A stretch of DNA of 51,064 nt from assembly GCA_034431995.1 (NCBI GenBank), contig DAOUCN010000125.1, forward strand, positions 1 to 51,064, in the 5' to 3' direction. The position numbers were made by a program, and so were the translations under genes. The DNA is from Chloroflexota bacterium (GTDB lineage: Bacteria > Chloroflexota > DTOL01 > DAOUCN01). A model generated the notes under the pieces. That model was not told the DNA's origin, ran no database searches, and worked only from the letters and a program-made list of their open reading frames with translations. How positions within the stretch are numbered: the stretch's first letter is position 1; each line of letters opens with the position of its first letter. Shown here one piece after another: positions 23,899-32,895 of the stretch.

Positions 23899-25383
23899 TT
23901 ACGGCTTCGGAATCCGTCGGAGCAGACGGCGGCCTCCCGGCTGCTCGGGCTGAGTAGACGGAGAGACAGAGAACACCTTGGGCGGTGTCTGCGAGATGAT
24001 CGACTCAGACGTGACGGGAGGAGCCGGTGGACCGGCTTGTCCGGCACGAACCGGCCGCTCAGTGGGGGCCGGAGCCGGCGGCGGCAAGCCCTTGGACAGA
24101 CGCTCTCGCACCTGCTCAGCCGTCTCGCCCGTTCCGCCCTGGTTCGTCTCGATTCCCTCTGTGCCACTGGCCTGCACTACCATCTTCTGGAAGTGCTCGA
24201 TGGCATTGTTCGCTGCCAGGGCAGCCGACTCGTCTCCATCTGCACCAGCCGCACGCAGCTGACGGACGCTGAAGACCTCGCCGTTGTAGTACACCGGCAG
24301 CGTGTCCTTCACTGTCTCCAGGGTCGGAATCAGCAGTTCCTGGGGAATGCCACCCATACCAGAGACCGCCTTGAGGGCCATGTCGGCACGATACCCGTCC
24401 ACCAACGACGCCTGCTCGGACTCGCTCATCTTCCGCTTGGACCGCTTGGCGGCGTTGAAGGCTTCCTGCACCTGAGTGAAGGCCTCGTCCAGCTTCAGAT
24501 TGGCGATGGTCTGCTGCGTCGCCTGGACCGCAGCGGCCTTGGCCTTCACCGCCTGGAAGTTAGGACCGAGTTTCTGCTGCAACGCCGGAGACGCCTTCCC
24601 GGTGAGGTAGAACTCCGCGATCTCGGGGATCGTGACCCCGGCCGGCAGTCGGTCGCCCGCCGCCTTCACTGAATCCACCAAGGCTTCCTGGAAGGAGGCC
24701 GCCTGCTGCGCCTTCAGCGAGGTGTTCAAGCGCTCGGTCGCACCTTCCTGACCAACCAAAACGCGGCCCAAAGCGGCAACGTCACTCCGAGCGGCTCGGG
24801 CGTCCTTCCGCTCCTCGCCCTCGTTGAACCGCCTCTGCGTCCCGGCTTCCTTCTCCGCTGCGATGCGCCCGCGCGAGATGATGTCGTCCATCGTATTCTG
24901 GCGCGAGGTCGTGGTCACGGCCGTCGTCTTGGCCATCTCGTTGTAGGCCTTGGGGTTCGCGATGGCGAGCATGGCCGGCATCGACTGGATGCGGCGCTGG
25001 TACTCCTGGCCGATCTCCTGCGGCGAGGCGACGTCCGGCATGTACACGGTCGGGCCGACATCCTTGGGAAGGGTCTTGTACGGGCTGAAGATCGCCTTCC
25101 GAGCATCCTCAGCAGACTGGAAGGTGTGCTGGGCGACCGTCAGCATGCCGTTGACGATCTCATCGTCCTTGTAGACCTTCTTCAGGAAGGCCCGAACGCC
25201 CGGAGCAGTAGGGTCGAGGGTGCCATTCTCCAGGTTGTGGCGGATGAACTGGTCCGTCGCCTGGCGCTGGAAGGCCTCCAAGCCCTGCTTCTCGTTCTCC
25301 CGACGACGAAGCTCGCGCAGGCCCAGCCCCGTCGCTACCGCGCCGCCCAAGAGCCCCAGTGCTGCTCCGATGTTGTTTCCCAT
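23899..25383 (-). CDS. Virion-type protein (494 aa) with an N-terminal Gly-rich hydrophobic segment
   Basis: ORF track; begins MGNNIGAALGLLGGAVATGLGL. Confidence 0.75.
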   Translation of the reverse strand: MGNNIGAALGLLGGAVATGLGLRELRRRENEKQGLEAFQRQATDQFIRHNLENGTLDPTAPGVRAFLKKVYKDDEIVNGMLTVAQHTFQSAEDARKAIFSPYKTLPKDVGPTVYMPDVASPQEIGQEYQRRIQSMPAMLAIANPKAYNEMAKTTAVTTTSRQNTMDDIISRGRIAAEKEAGTQRRFNEGEERKDARAARSDVAALGRVLVGQEGATERLNTSLKAQQAASFQEALVDSVKAAGDRLPAGVTIPEIAEFYLTGKASPALQQKLGPNFQAVKAKAAAVQATQQTIANLKLDEAFTQVQEAFNAAKRSKRKMSESEQASLVDGYRADMALKAVSGMGGIPQELLIPTLETVKDTLPVYYNGEVFSVRQLRAAGADGDESAALAANNAIEHFQKMVVQASGTEGIETNQGGTGETAEQVRERLSKGLPPPAPAPTERPVRAGQAGPPAPPVTSESIISQTPPKVFSVSPSTQPEQPGGRRLLRRIPKP

Positions 25384-25384
25384 T

Positions 25385-25424
25385 GCTCAAACCCCAAGCC
25401 CCTGGAGGCCGACAGGCCGACAGG
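25385..25424 (+). repeat. Dispersed bipartite element, copy l (inverted relative to local transcription)
   Basis: GCTCAAACCCCAAGCCCCTGGAGGCCGACAGGCCGACAGG; hairpin GGCC-GACA-GGCC. It occupies the whole 41-bp gap between two genes. Confidence 0.85.
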
Positions 25425-25913
25425 TCATGCGAGCGCCGCCAGTGCGGAGATGATCCCAATCGCCGCAGACGCTCCGCCCATCGCCGTCTGCGTCCCAGCC
25501 TGGTTCAACTGATCCTGGGCCTGTGCTGCCTGCGCCAGCCCGCGTGCCACAATCGGCGGGGCGCCGTAGGCGTACTGCTGGGCTTGCTGCCCCAACTGGT
25601 TGGCATACTCGACCGGGAAGCGGTTGATCGCCTTCTCTCCCTGGTAGCGCTGATTCACGACACCCTGTCCGAGGATGGCACCCCCACCCATGTTGCCGGC
25701 CAGCGACTCGCTCTTGTTGAGCGCCATTCCTAAGGCCCGCCGCTGATCGTCCATCGCCTTGGCGAGGATCGGGATCTGCGCGCCCACGCCGCCCGTGTTG
25801 AGGGCCTCGAAGCCCTGGTTCATGAACGTCTGGCGCGCAGGACGACCTTCACGCTCCAAGGTGTTCGTGAACTTGGAGAGGGATTCTGCTGGTGGATTAC
25901 CTTTGCCGCCCAT
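25425..25913 (-). CDS. Gly/Gln/Ala-rich virion-type protein (162 aa), paralogue of 25921..26472
   Basis: Begins MGGKGNPPAESLSKFTNTLEREGRPAR; compare MGGKGVPGGDTLANFANSLIAEGQPTR in the neighbour. Confidence 0.75.
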   Translation of the reverse strand: MGGKGNPPAESLSKFTNTLEREGRPARQTFMNQGFEALNTGGVGAQIPILAKAMDDQRRALGMALNKSESLAGNMGGGAILGQGVVNQRYQGEKAINRFPVEYANQLGQQAQQYAYGAPPIVARGLAQAAQAQDQLNQAGTQTAMGGASAAIGIISALAALA

Positions 25914-25920
25914 CAGTGCC

Positions 25921-26472
25921 TCATTCGCTCAGGTCAATCGACGGAGTCGGAATCTCCGGTGGCGTGTACCTGTTCGAGCGCAGCTGCGCGAACTGGTTGA
26001 CGACGTCCGCCACTCCGCTCGCAGCCGTGCTGAGCCCCTGGAGGCCGGACATCTCGTTCGAGAGGCCCAGCTGGTTCCGCGCCTCGAAGCCCGACATGAT
26101 CGTCGGGACGGAGCCGAACGACGCCGACACGCCCTGGTTGGCGATCTGCTGCGCGTAGTTGGTCGGGATCTTCCCCGCTTCGAGGAAGCCCCGACGTGTG
26201 GCGTCGCTCAGGCCGGTGAACGCGGCCGACGAGCGTCCGATACCGGACGCCTGCATCTGCTCGCGTTGATCGGTCAAGCCCTGGCTGATGGCGCTGAACG
26301 CCTCAGTCAGCTTCTGGCTCAGGAGGGGCTTCGCACCGCCGGAAACGGTTCCCCGCATCATCGCCTCGTTGGCTCGGCGCTGGGTCTCCCGACGAGTCGG
26401 CTGCCCTTCCGCGATCAACGAGTTGGCGAAGTTGGCTAGCGTGTCCCCGCCTGGCACGCCCTTTCCACCCAT
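25921..26472 (-). CDS. Gly/Gln/Ser-rich virion-type protein (183 aa), paralogue of 25425..25913
   Basis: Shared N-terminal block with the downstream gene. ORF track. Confidence 0.75.
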   Translation of the reverse strand: MGGKGVPGGDTLANFANSLIAEGQPTRRETQRRANEAMMRGTVSGGAKPLLSQKLTEAFSAISQGLTDQREQMQASGIGRSSAAFTGLSDATRRGFLEAGKIPTNYAQQIANQGVSASFGSVPTIMSGFEARNQLGLSNEMSGLQGLSTAASGVADVVNQFAQLRSNRYTPPEIPTPSIDLSE

Positions 26473-26956
26473 GCTCGAAACCCTCTCTCGTCAACACAAC
26501 GACGTGTGCGTCGTCTCCGTCGAACAGCCGGGGAACCGTCCCCAGATGCGTGAATCCAATCGTCCGGTGAATGGGCAGCAAGCGAGCTTGCTTGGTGAGT
26601 CCGATAAGTACTGGAAATGCTTGAGTTGCGCGGTCGAAGAAGTCATGTGTCACACGAGCTGCTGCCTTGGTTGTACGATACTTGGGGCTAATCCACAAGC
26701 CCACAAAGGCGCCAGACAGGATGGGCTCCAGCCAACCAGCAAACCAGATGCCATCCTCCAACCGCTCCGACTTCGGGCAGAAGGCCAGCGCCCGAGGGGG
26801 ACGCCAGAACTGGAGGAAGTCCGAGGGGGTGTCGGTCTGCTGGGGCTCAGCGACCAGGTGCCGCTCCCCGTTCTGGACCAATTCGTACCACCAGCCCAGG
26901 ATTCGCATGTCCGCCCCGATGGACGGGGTGTAGTGCCACAATCCTTCGTCGATCAT
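26303..26956 (-). CDS. Tentative GNAT-like acetyltransferase-fold protein (217-aa ORF; last ~55 codons overlap the next gene)
   Basis: WISPKYRTTKAAARV...IGFTHLG...VVLTREGFE loosely resembles GNAT motif A and the beta-bulge region. RBS GAGGAGG. The Arg-rich tail looks like read-through. Confidence 0.45.
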   Translation of the reverse strand: MIDEGLWHYTPSIGADMRILGWWYELVQNGERHLVAEPQQTDTPSDFLQFWRPPRALAFCPKSERLEDGIWFAGWLEPILSGAFVGLWISPKYRTTKAAARVTHDFFDRATQAFPVLIGLTKQARLLPIHRTIGFTHLGTVPRLFDGDDAHVVVLTREGFEHGWKGRARRGHASQLRQLVDRGRAADSSGDPAPSQRGDDAGNRFRRCEAPPEPEAD

Positions 26957-26966
26957 TGTGCCTCCT

Positions 26967-27009
26967 CTCGCTTCGGCCTGGCGGCCTCAGCGGGCCTGGG
27001 GTTTGAGGC
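26967..27009 (-). repeat. Dispersed bipartite element, copy e
   Basis: Minus-strand reading GCCTCAAACCCCAGGCCCGCTGAGGCCGCCAGGCCGAAGCGAG; hairpin GGCC-GCCA-GGCC. Followed by GAGGAGG and the ATG at 26956. Confidence 0.85.
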
Positions 27010-27010
27010 T

Positions 27011-29497
27011 TCAGGCGGCGTCCTGGTCGGGGTGGTAGACGTCGAGCTCGATCCCGAAGATCTCAACGGCTGCCGTCGTCAGAGCGCCCTGGAGCCGAAT
27101 CGCAATCCGCTTCCCGTTCGTCAGCGTCTCGTATGAGACGGTCTCGCGGGCTGCGGTATTCAGTATCCAGGTGGCGACGACGGCATCGTCGGCGATGAGG
27201 GTCGCGGTGATCTCCTCGCCCCCGGTGTTGAGGTCGATGTGGACACGTCGCACAACACCTCGCACATCAGGTGAGAGGCGCAGCGTGGCCGACTCCATGT
27301 CGAAGTCGAGGTCGAAGCCGCCATCCGAGGTCAGTCCGGGGACATCGACCAGGAAGACGCCGTTGCCGTCCACGCCCTCGGTTACGACGAAGTCGTCCAC
27401 GTCCTCTTCGTAGGCGAGGCCGGTGGCGGCGAAGTCGATCTCGCGCCAAGTGCCCTGGATGAGGTCGAGCGCCAGGATGCGGGTGCCGTCCGAGACCCAG
27501 TATTCGTTGCGCCCGAAGCAGGCGGTGTCCCCGACGAAGGCCGCGATGACGTCGGTGTCCGTCCCTCGGAAGGGGAGGGAGACGGCGTCGTGCGCGACCA
27601 GAGCTGACGCGTTGCCGTCAAAGACCCGGACCCCGTCCGTGGCGAAGTAGATGATGCCGTTGGGGGTGACGGCGATGGTGTAGGGGTGGAGCGTTCCGGG
27701 GGCGCCCGCGATCTGCCGGGCCACGACGATGTCGGTGCCGGTCACCTGCCAGACCTTCGACTCGGAGAAGACGTACAGGGAGCCGTTCCACGAGACCGCG
27801 CCGGTCAGGGGGTCGGCGTCGTTGGTGATCTCCAGGAAGTCCTTCACCGCCTCGGGCCGTCCCTGGGGCGAGAAGTTCAGGCGACCCCGGAAGCCGGGGG
27901 TCGTCTCCAGCGTCCAGGCGCGGCCCTGGTGCCATACGACCCAGTGCGTCTTGGACGACGGCGGGGTGTTGGTGATCTCGAGCTCTTCGATGTTGAGGAC
28001 GTCGGCGTCGGCGCGGGAGTCCGAGTTGGTGGAGTCGGCCACGTCGTCGTCATAGGTCAGGGTGCCGTTGGCGACTTCCCAGGCCTTGAAGAAGGCGACC
28101 CCGTTGCCGAACGTGCGCCACGCTTCGACCTTGTCCACCTGGGGATCGAGGGACACGGGGATGTTCTCGACGTGGATGGACTGGCGCACCGCACCGGTGA
28201 TGCTGGCGTAGTCGATGTCGTCCACGATCCCGTCCCCGTCCCGGTCGATGAACAGGGGGTTGGAGCGGTGGCCGGTGGTCGAGTTCAAGAAGGTGAAGGC
28301 GTAGCGGTAGTCGCCGGAGATGCCCACGCGACCGACCAGCTTCATCCCGTCCACATAGATGACGGTGGTGTCGGGGCTGCCGGTGCCGCGCCGGTTGATG
28401 CGGGCGTAGATCTGGTACTTGGTGATGTTCGTCCAGCTGGGGCTCCCGGTGGTGAAGAACAGGTGCTTGGGCACCAAGAGGCGGACCCAGGTGTCGGCCG
28501 ACAGGGGGAACTGCTCCTCGAAGACCTCGGTCTCGATGCGCTGGGTCTCGAAGATCGAGGCGTTCTGCCCGTTGCGAAACTGCTCCGGCGGCCAGTGGCC
28601 CTGGGACTTGTAGAGGTCGAAGGCCTTGCGATCCCCGAGGGTCGGGGCGTAGCGCTTGGTCGGGTCGGCCGGGTAGTACTGCGCGGTGAAGGCCTCGTTG
28701 CGGGTCTTCGCGTTGAAGCGCGACGTCAGGAAGTCGTACTGGTAGTAGTTCTGGTCGTCCGACATGAAACGCAGCTGGAAGGCGACGACGGTCTCGGGAC
28801 GGTTCGTCTGCACCCACAGCGCGATCAGGTCCTCGTCGGGGGACGTGCGGCCGTTGTTGACCGTGAAGTCCTGCGGCGTGGCGAAGTTGTAGTTGATGAC
28901 GCACTTCTGGTTGGCGGTGTCGAAGGGGATCTGGAGGGCCGCCGAGCCTTCCTGGTTCGGGGTACCGAAGGCCAGAGCGGCGGCGCCAGCGGGGGTGAAG
29001 ACCGCCGAACGGGAGCCGACCGCGCTGTCGAAGGAGTCGATGAGCGTGGCGTTCTCATCGCCCAAGGAGAGGTTCGGCTTCGAGGTCGGCGGGTCGATGC
29101 CCCACTTGGAGGTCGAGAAGTCGGGGGCGATCTTGATCTGCTTCCCCTCGTTGGCCACGAAGAGGTAGTCCTCCAGGCCAATGAAGGGCGGGGCCTTGGC
29201 GTAGCACAGCTTCCCGCCGTCGAAGCCGGTGGTGATGGTGAAGACGCTGGGGGAACTGTCACGCACGAGGCCGTTGTTCAGGCCGTAGAAGCGCTCGCCC
29301 CGGTAACGGACCGGGGAGTGGAACCCGCCGGCCACGACGCGACGCTGGCTCCCGGAGCGGGAACGGACCGAGCCACGCCCTTGGAGGACGTGGACGTTCT
29401 TGGCGCGACGCAGGGCCTGCGGCGGCAAGTCATCGCTCGGAGGAGAGACGACGAGGCCAGCGGACCAGTCACGGAAGGTGTAACGCCGCCACGGCAT
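27011..29497 (-). CDS. Large tail/virion structural protein with beta-propeller-like repeats; possible tail tube or nozzle (828 aa)
   Basis: ORF track. Size and position between head-completion-type genes and internal proteins. Repeated motifs such as YFATDGVRVFDGN and LYVFSESKVWQVTG. The product assignment is inference. Confidence 0.7.
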   Translation of the reverse strand: MPWRRYTFRDWSAGLVVSPPSDDLPPQALRRAKNVHVLQGRGSVRSRSGSQRRVVAGGFHSPVRYRGERFYGLNNGLVRDSSPSVFTITTGFDGGKLCYAKAPPFIGLEDYLFVANEGKQIKIAPDFSTSKWGIDPPTSKPNLSLGDENATLIDSFDSAVGSRSAVFTPAGAAALAFGTPNQEGSAALQIPFDTANQKCVINYNFATPQDFTVNNGRTSPDEDLIALWVQTNRPETVVAFQLRFMSDDQNYYQYDFLTSRFNAKTRNEAFTAQYYPADPTKRYAPTLGDRKAFDLYKSQGHWPPEQFRNGQNASIFETQRIETEVFEEQFPLSADTWVRLLVPKHLFFTTGSPSWTNITKYQIYARINRRGTGSPDTTVIYVDGMKLVGRVGISGDYRYAFTFLNSTTGHRSNPLFIDRDGDGIVDDIDYASITGAVRQSIHVENIPVSLDPQVDKVEAWRTFGNGVAFFKAWEVANGTLTYDDDVADSTNSDSRADADVLNIEELEITNTPPSSKTHWVVWHQGRAWTLETTPGFRGRLNFSPQGRPEAVKDFLEITNDADPLTGAVSWNGSLYVFSESKVWQVTGTDIVVARQIAGAPGTLHPYTIAVTPNGIIYFATDGVRVFDGNASALVAHDAVSLPFRGTDTDVIAAFVGDTACFGRNEYWVSDGTRILALDLIQGTWREIDFAATGLAYEEDVDDFVVTEGVDGNGVFLVDVPGLTSDGGFDLDFDMESATLRLSPDVRGVVRRVHIDLNTGGEEITATLIADDAVVATWILNTAARETVSYETLTNGKRIAIRLQGALTTAAVEIFGIELDVYHPDQDAA

Positions 29498-29874
29498 CAG
29501 CGTCCCTCCGCGATGCCCCGTCGAGACAATAGCAGCTGCGTCTCGCGGATGGCCGCCTGGAACAGCTGCAGGGCCTTGTAGATCTCGGGGATGACGACCT
29601 CGGCCAGGTCATCGACACTGGCGGTGTTGCCTTCGTCGGGCGCGAACTCGGTGCCCTTCAGGATGTTGAGGGGACCGGGCGTGGAGAAGCGCAGGTAGGA
29701 GATCCCCTGGATGGCCTGGTTATTCATGTCCAGGGCCTGCTTCCGGCCGGGGCCAGAGCCGCCCTGTCCTTCGAGGACTGTGATGGCCTCTTCGATAGTG
29801 CGAAGGCGTTCGTTCAACTCGCGCACGAAGGCCGAGTCCACGGCGCTGCTACGGAGATCGGAGACAGACCGCAT
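29497..29874 (-). CDS. Hypothetical structural-module protein (125 aa)
   Basis: ORF 29497..30003 trimmed to the ATG at 29874 (TGATG coupling at both ends). Confidence 0.65.
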   Translation of the reverse strand: MRSVSDLRSSAVDSAFVRELNERLRTIEEAITVLEGQGGSGPGRKQALDMNNQAIQGISYLRFSTPGPLNILKGTEFAPDEGNTASVDDLAEVVIPEIYKALQLFQAAIRETQLLLSRRGIAEGR

Positions 29875-30458
29875 CACATCACCATCTGACGGAGGACTTG
29901 CCCGGTCTCTGACAGGACCTTGGCGAGCGCGGGGTCCTGGTGGTCGGACTCGCGGTTGAACTCGCGGGACGCGATCTCCAGGGCGATCCAGTCCTCCATC
30001 CACGGGAGGACATCAGTGCGGTACTCGCTGTGGACGACGACCAGGGCGTTGTCGGGGAGATCGACGCCGAAGGGCTCGCCGTTGGGGAACGAGAAGGACC
30101 CGGTGACGGCGGTGCTCTTGGGGTAGAGGCGGAACTGCGCCTTCTCTTCGTTCTCCTTGACCCAGGCAACGGGCGTGCCAGTGGAGGACTGCCAGGTGCG
30201 AGCGAGGACTTCGATGGTCTCCTGACGCTCGGCCGAGAGGATCTTGCCGTCGAAGAAGATGTCGAAGATCTCGATGGCCCCCGGGGGGTAGTCGTAGGGA
30301 CCCTGGCCAGAACTGACGGCCATAAGCGTAGTGGCGCACATGACGGCTTCGCGCCCCTGCTCGTAGATCACGTCGTCCAGGAAGCGATTCAGCGCCGCGT
30401 CGTCCGCCAGGTCGTTGGCATAGAACTGGGCCAAAGCTACGACATCAGCGCGGGACAA
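29874..30458 (-). CDS. Hypothetical structural-module protein (194 aa)
   Basis: TTG start at 30458, 6 nt after AAGGAGA. ORF track. Confidence 0.7.
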   Translation of the reverse strand: MSRADVVALAQFYANDLADDAALNRFLDDVIYEQGREAVMCATTLMAVSSGQGPYDYPPGAIEIFDIFFDGKILSAERQETIEVLARTWQSSTGTPVAWVKENEEKAQFRLYPKSTAVTGSFSFPNGEPFGVDLPDNALVVVHSEYRTDVLPWMEDWIALEIASREFNRESDHQDPALAKVLSETGQVLRQMVM

Positions 30459-31056
30459 GGGGAATCTCCTTCACCTGGAGTTGGATGGTCGAGAGGACGG
30501 AGGTGATCGAGTCGATCATGCGGCCTTTGAGGCAACAGAGCAAGAGGGCGAGGTTGACGCAGAGCGGGTGATAGTCGTCCGGGATGCTGACGGTGTTGTC
30601 CTCGTCGTCGAAGGCCGGCAGCAGGGGGACGTACTTGACCTCGCAGAGCGCGGCGGTGGAGAGCGCTGGGTAGATGGCGAGGATGTCGCGGCCGATGGGC
30701 GCCCAGGCTTCCAAGCGCGTCTTGTCGGCATCGGTGTCCGTCAGCCAGTCCAGCTTCCAGGCCCGGAACTGCTGGTACCGGACGGGATCCAGCCGACGCT
30801 TGGTCGCCCCCGCATCCGTCAGTTGGAACACATCCAAGATGCGGACGCAGTCGCTGGCGAACTCCACGAAAGGGTAGAGCGTCCGCGAAGCCTTCGTGCT
30901 GAGGGAGATCGTCTCCTGGACCAGCGCGAACTTGGCATTCAGCATGCGCTGTGACGTGCTGAGTGCTGTGCGAAGATCGGCCCGGCTGAAGGCCGTCGCG
31001 TTCAGATCGCGGAGGCGCTCCGCCAGGACGTCAGACAGTTCATGTACTGCTGCCAT
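30445..31056 (-). CDS. Hypothetical structural-module protein (203 aa)
   Basis: ORF track. The ATG at 31056 directly abuts element copy f. Confidence 0.7.
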   Translation of the reverse strand: MAAVHELSDVLAERLRDLNATAFSRADLRTALSTSQRMLNAKFALVQETISLSTKASRTLYPFVEFASDCVRILDVFQLTDAGATKRRLDPVRYQQFRAWKLDWLTDTDADKTRLEAWAPIGRDILAIYPALSTAALCEVKYVPLLPAFDDEDNTVSIPDDYHPLCVNLALLLCCLKGRMIDSITSVLSTIQLQVKEIPLVPR

Positions 31057-31101
31057 CTCTTCGCTCGCTGCGCTCGCTCAGAGGGCCTGGGGTTTGAGCC
31101 C
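31057..31101 (-). repeat. Dispersed bipartite element, copy f (hairpin replaced by a direct repeat)
   Basis: Minus-strand reading GGGCTCAAACCCCAGGCCCTCTGAGCGAGCGCAGCGAGCGAAGAG, followed immediately by ATG. Confidence 0.8.
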
Positions 31102-31104
31102 AGG

Positions 31105-32043
31105 TCACGGACGGTTCCCACGGGCATAGATCTCGCCACGCGCATCGACGATGTCCCCGTAGGGGTAGAGGCCTGCCTTCTGGAGAACAAAAGAAACGTC
31201 GTCGATGCCGCGATCCTGCTTCATGCCGGTGAGGCACATGCGTTCCCAGAGCGTGCGCTGCACCTGGGACTCGTTGCGCCAGAAGGCGGCGATCTCGACC
31301 TGGGCGCGGTCGGCAGCCTGCGCGGCCTTGAAGCGGAAGAGGTCGATCAGCGCGCCCTCGCGGAGGAGCGAGGAATCACAGTGAGACGGGATCTCGTCTG
31401 ACAGGGCCAGGACCACAGGCTCTTTCCAGTATACATAGTGGATGATCTCCGACTGGGGGCTGTAGGGATAGATCTCCAGCTGCTTGGCCTTGGTGGTGTC
31501 GTGCTCGCCTACCTCGGCCCAGTATAGGGGATAGGAGGCGGTGAGGACTCGGTCGGGGTAATAATGGTCCAGAACGGAGACCGAGACGTTCCGCAATGCG
31601 GTGCGAAGACGCATATGGACCAGAGTACCAATCCAACGCACATCAGTCGCCAGAGCCGAGAAGCGCTGGGTAACGTGGTAGCCCAGGCCGGCACCCGAGT
31701 CCTCGGAGAAGGCGGACGCCAAGGTAATCGTGGGCGCCGAGTACGCAGAGATCTTGTACCACGCGGACCGGACCCGGAGATGACGGCCAACGATGGACGA
31801 GGAGAGGGCGGCTTGGGCGGTGGCGTCGGCTGTGACACTGGTTGATCCCTCCGTGACCGTGACCGTACCGGCGGTGATGACGGCAGGGATGACGAGTTCC
31901 CCGACTTCGCGGAGGTGACGAAGCCGCGCCTTGGAGGCGAACTGGCGGTAGCGCTGCGCGACCCAGTTGCCCGCTTGGACGAGACCGGCCGAGCTATCGA
32001 CGGCCGCCAGGACTTCCGTGGCGACCTGTTCGACGGTGGCCAT
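31105..32043 (-). CDS. Hypothetical virion structural protein (312 aa)
   Basis: ORF track; TGATG coupling to the upstream gene. Confidence 0.75.
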   Translation of the reverse strand: MATVEQVATEVLAAVDSSAGLVQAGNWVAQRYRQFASKARLRHLREVGELVIPAVITAGTVTVTEGSTSVTADATAQAALSSSIVGRHLRVRSAWYKISAYSAPTITLASAFSEDSGAGLGYHVTQRFSALATDVRWIGTLVHMRLRTALRNVSVSVLDHYYPDRVLTASYPLYWAEVGEHDTTKAKQLEIYPYSPQSEIIHYVYWKEPVVLALSDEIPSHCDSSLLREGALIDLFRFKAAQAADRAQVEIAAFWRNESQVQRTLWERMCLTGMKQDRGIDDVSFVLQKAGLYPYGDIVDARGEIYARGNRP

Positions 32044-32228
32044 CAGCGCCAGTTCGGCAACCCGAGTGGAATGCCGAGAAGCGTGGGGAGGACGTAGAGG
32101 ACCACGGCGAAGAGGACGACCCCTTTGCCGATGGCTTTGTAGGGCTCCTCGATGGGCAGCTTGTCGATCGGCCAGACCGCAAAGCCCACGACGAGAGCGA
32201 GGACGACGATGTTGAGCAGGAGAGGCAT
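32043..32228 (-). CDS. Small two-helix membrane protein (61 aa)
   Basis: MPLLLNIVVLALVVGFAVW...VVLFAVVLYVLPTLLGI; coupled at both ends. Confidence 0.6.
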   Translation of the reverse strand: MPLLLNIVVLALVVGFAVWPIDKLPIEEPYKAIGKGVVLFAVVLYVLPTLLGIPLGLPNWR

Positions 32229-32437
32229 CAGCGAGTCCTCACACCGACATAGTGCTTCTTCGGGTGATCCGCGCTGGACGCGGCGAACTCCCGCAGCTGC
32301 TTGTCGGACATCGAACGGAGGAGGCCCTTGACCGTGGGCCGGACCCCCTCCGGGATGTCTTTCATCTCCTGCTGCCCGCGCTTGACGGCCAGCGCCATCC
32401 TCATGAGGTGACGCTGGGCTTCGCTCTTGGCAGGCAT
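32228..32437 (-). CDS. DUF3008-like small protein (69 aa)
   Basis: ORF 32228..32704 trimmed to the ATG at 32437. MPAKSEAQRHLMRMALAVKRGQ...SMSDKQLREFA follows the MPAKSKAQ...KRG...MS.K.L.EFA pattern as I recall it. Confidence 0.5.
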   Translation of the reverse strand: MPAKSEAQRHLMRMALAVKRGQQEMKDIPEGVRPTVKGLLRSMSDKQLREFAASSADHPKKHYVGVRTR

Positions 32438-32441
32438 GGGA

Positions 32442-32891
32442 TTACGGGGTGTTCGTGACGGTCGGGGCAGGCCCCGGCGTCTGAATCGCCTGCGTACGGT
32501 CGAACCAGATGCAGTCCCAGTCTCGGCCAGTGTCGTTCGTCGAGTTGACCAGCGAACTGATCCGGATGGCAACGCTGTTGTTGGCCACAACACGAGTGCC
32601 GCTGTGGACCAACGCGCCATCGAGGGAGGCCGGCACGGAGCAGATGATCGGATCTCCGATCTGGATGCCTGGCACGGCAACGACGGTCTCGGCCGACTGC
32701 CCAAGGTTGAGGGAGGCAGGGTCTACGCGAACCGAGATATGGACCCAGGCCGCGAAGTCGGACTTGCCATCGCGGGGCACCACCGTCTGCGTCGGCGTAT
32801 TCGTGGGAGTCAGGGTCGGGGTATTGGTCTGGGCAAGAGCCTCCCCGCCCACCAGGAGGCAGGCGAGGAGGATCAGGGCACGCTTCAGCAT
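32442..32891 (-). CDS. Secreted protein: Sec-type signal peptide plus TPT-rich linkers (149 aa)
   Basis: ORF 32442..33020 trimmed to the ATG at 32891. MLKRALILLACLLVGGEALAQ then TNTPTLTPTNTPTQT; C-terminus TPGPAPTVTNTP. Confidence 0.65.
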   Translation of the reverse strand: MLKRALILLACLLVGGEALAQTNTPTLTPTNTPTQTVVPRDGKSDFAAWVHISVRVDPASLNLGQSAETVVAVPGIQIGDPIICSVPASLDGALVHSGTRVVANNSVAIRISSLVNSTNDTGRDWDCIWFDRTQAIQTPGPAPTVTNTP

Positions 32892-32895
32892 GGAA

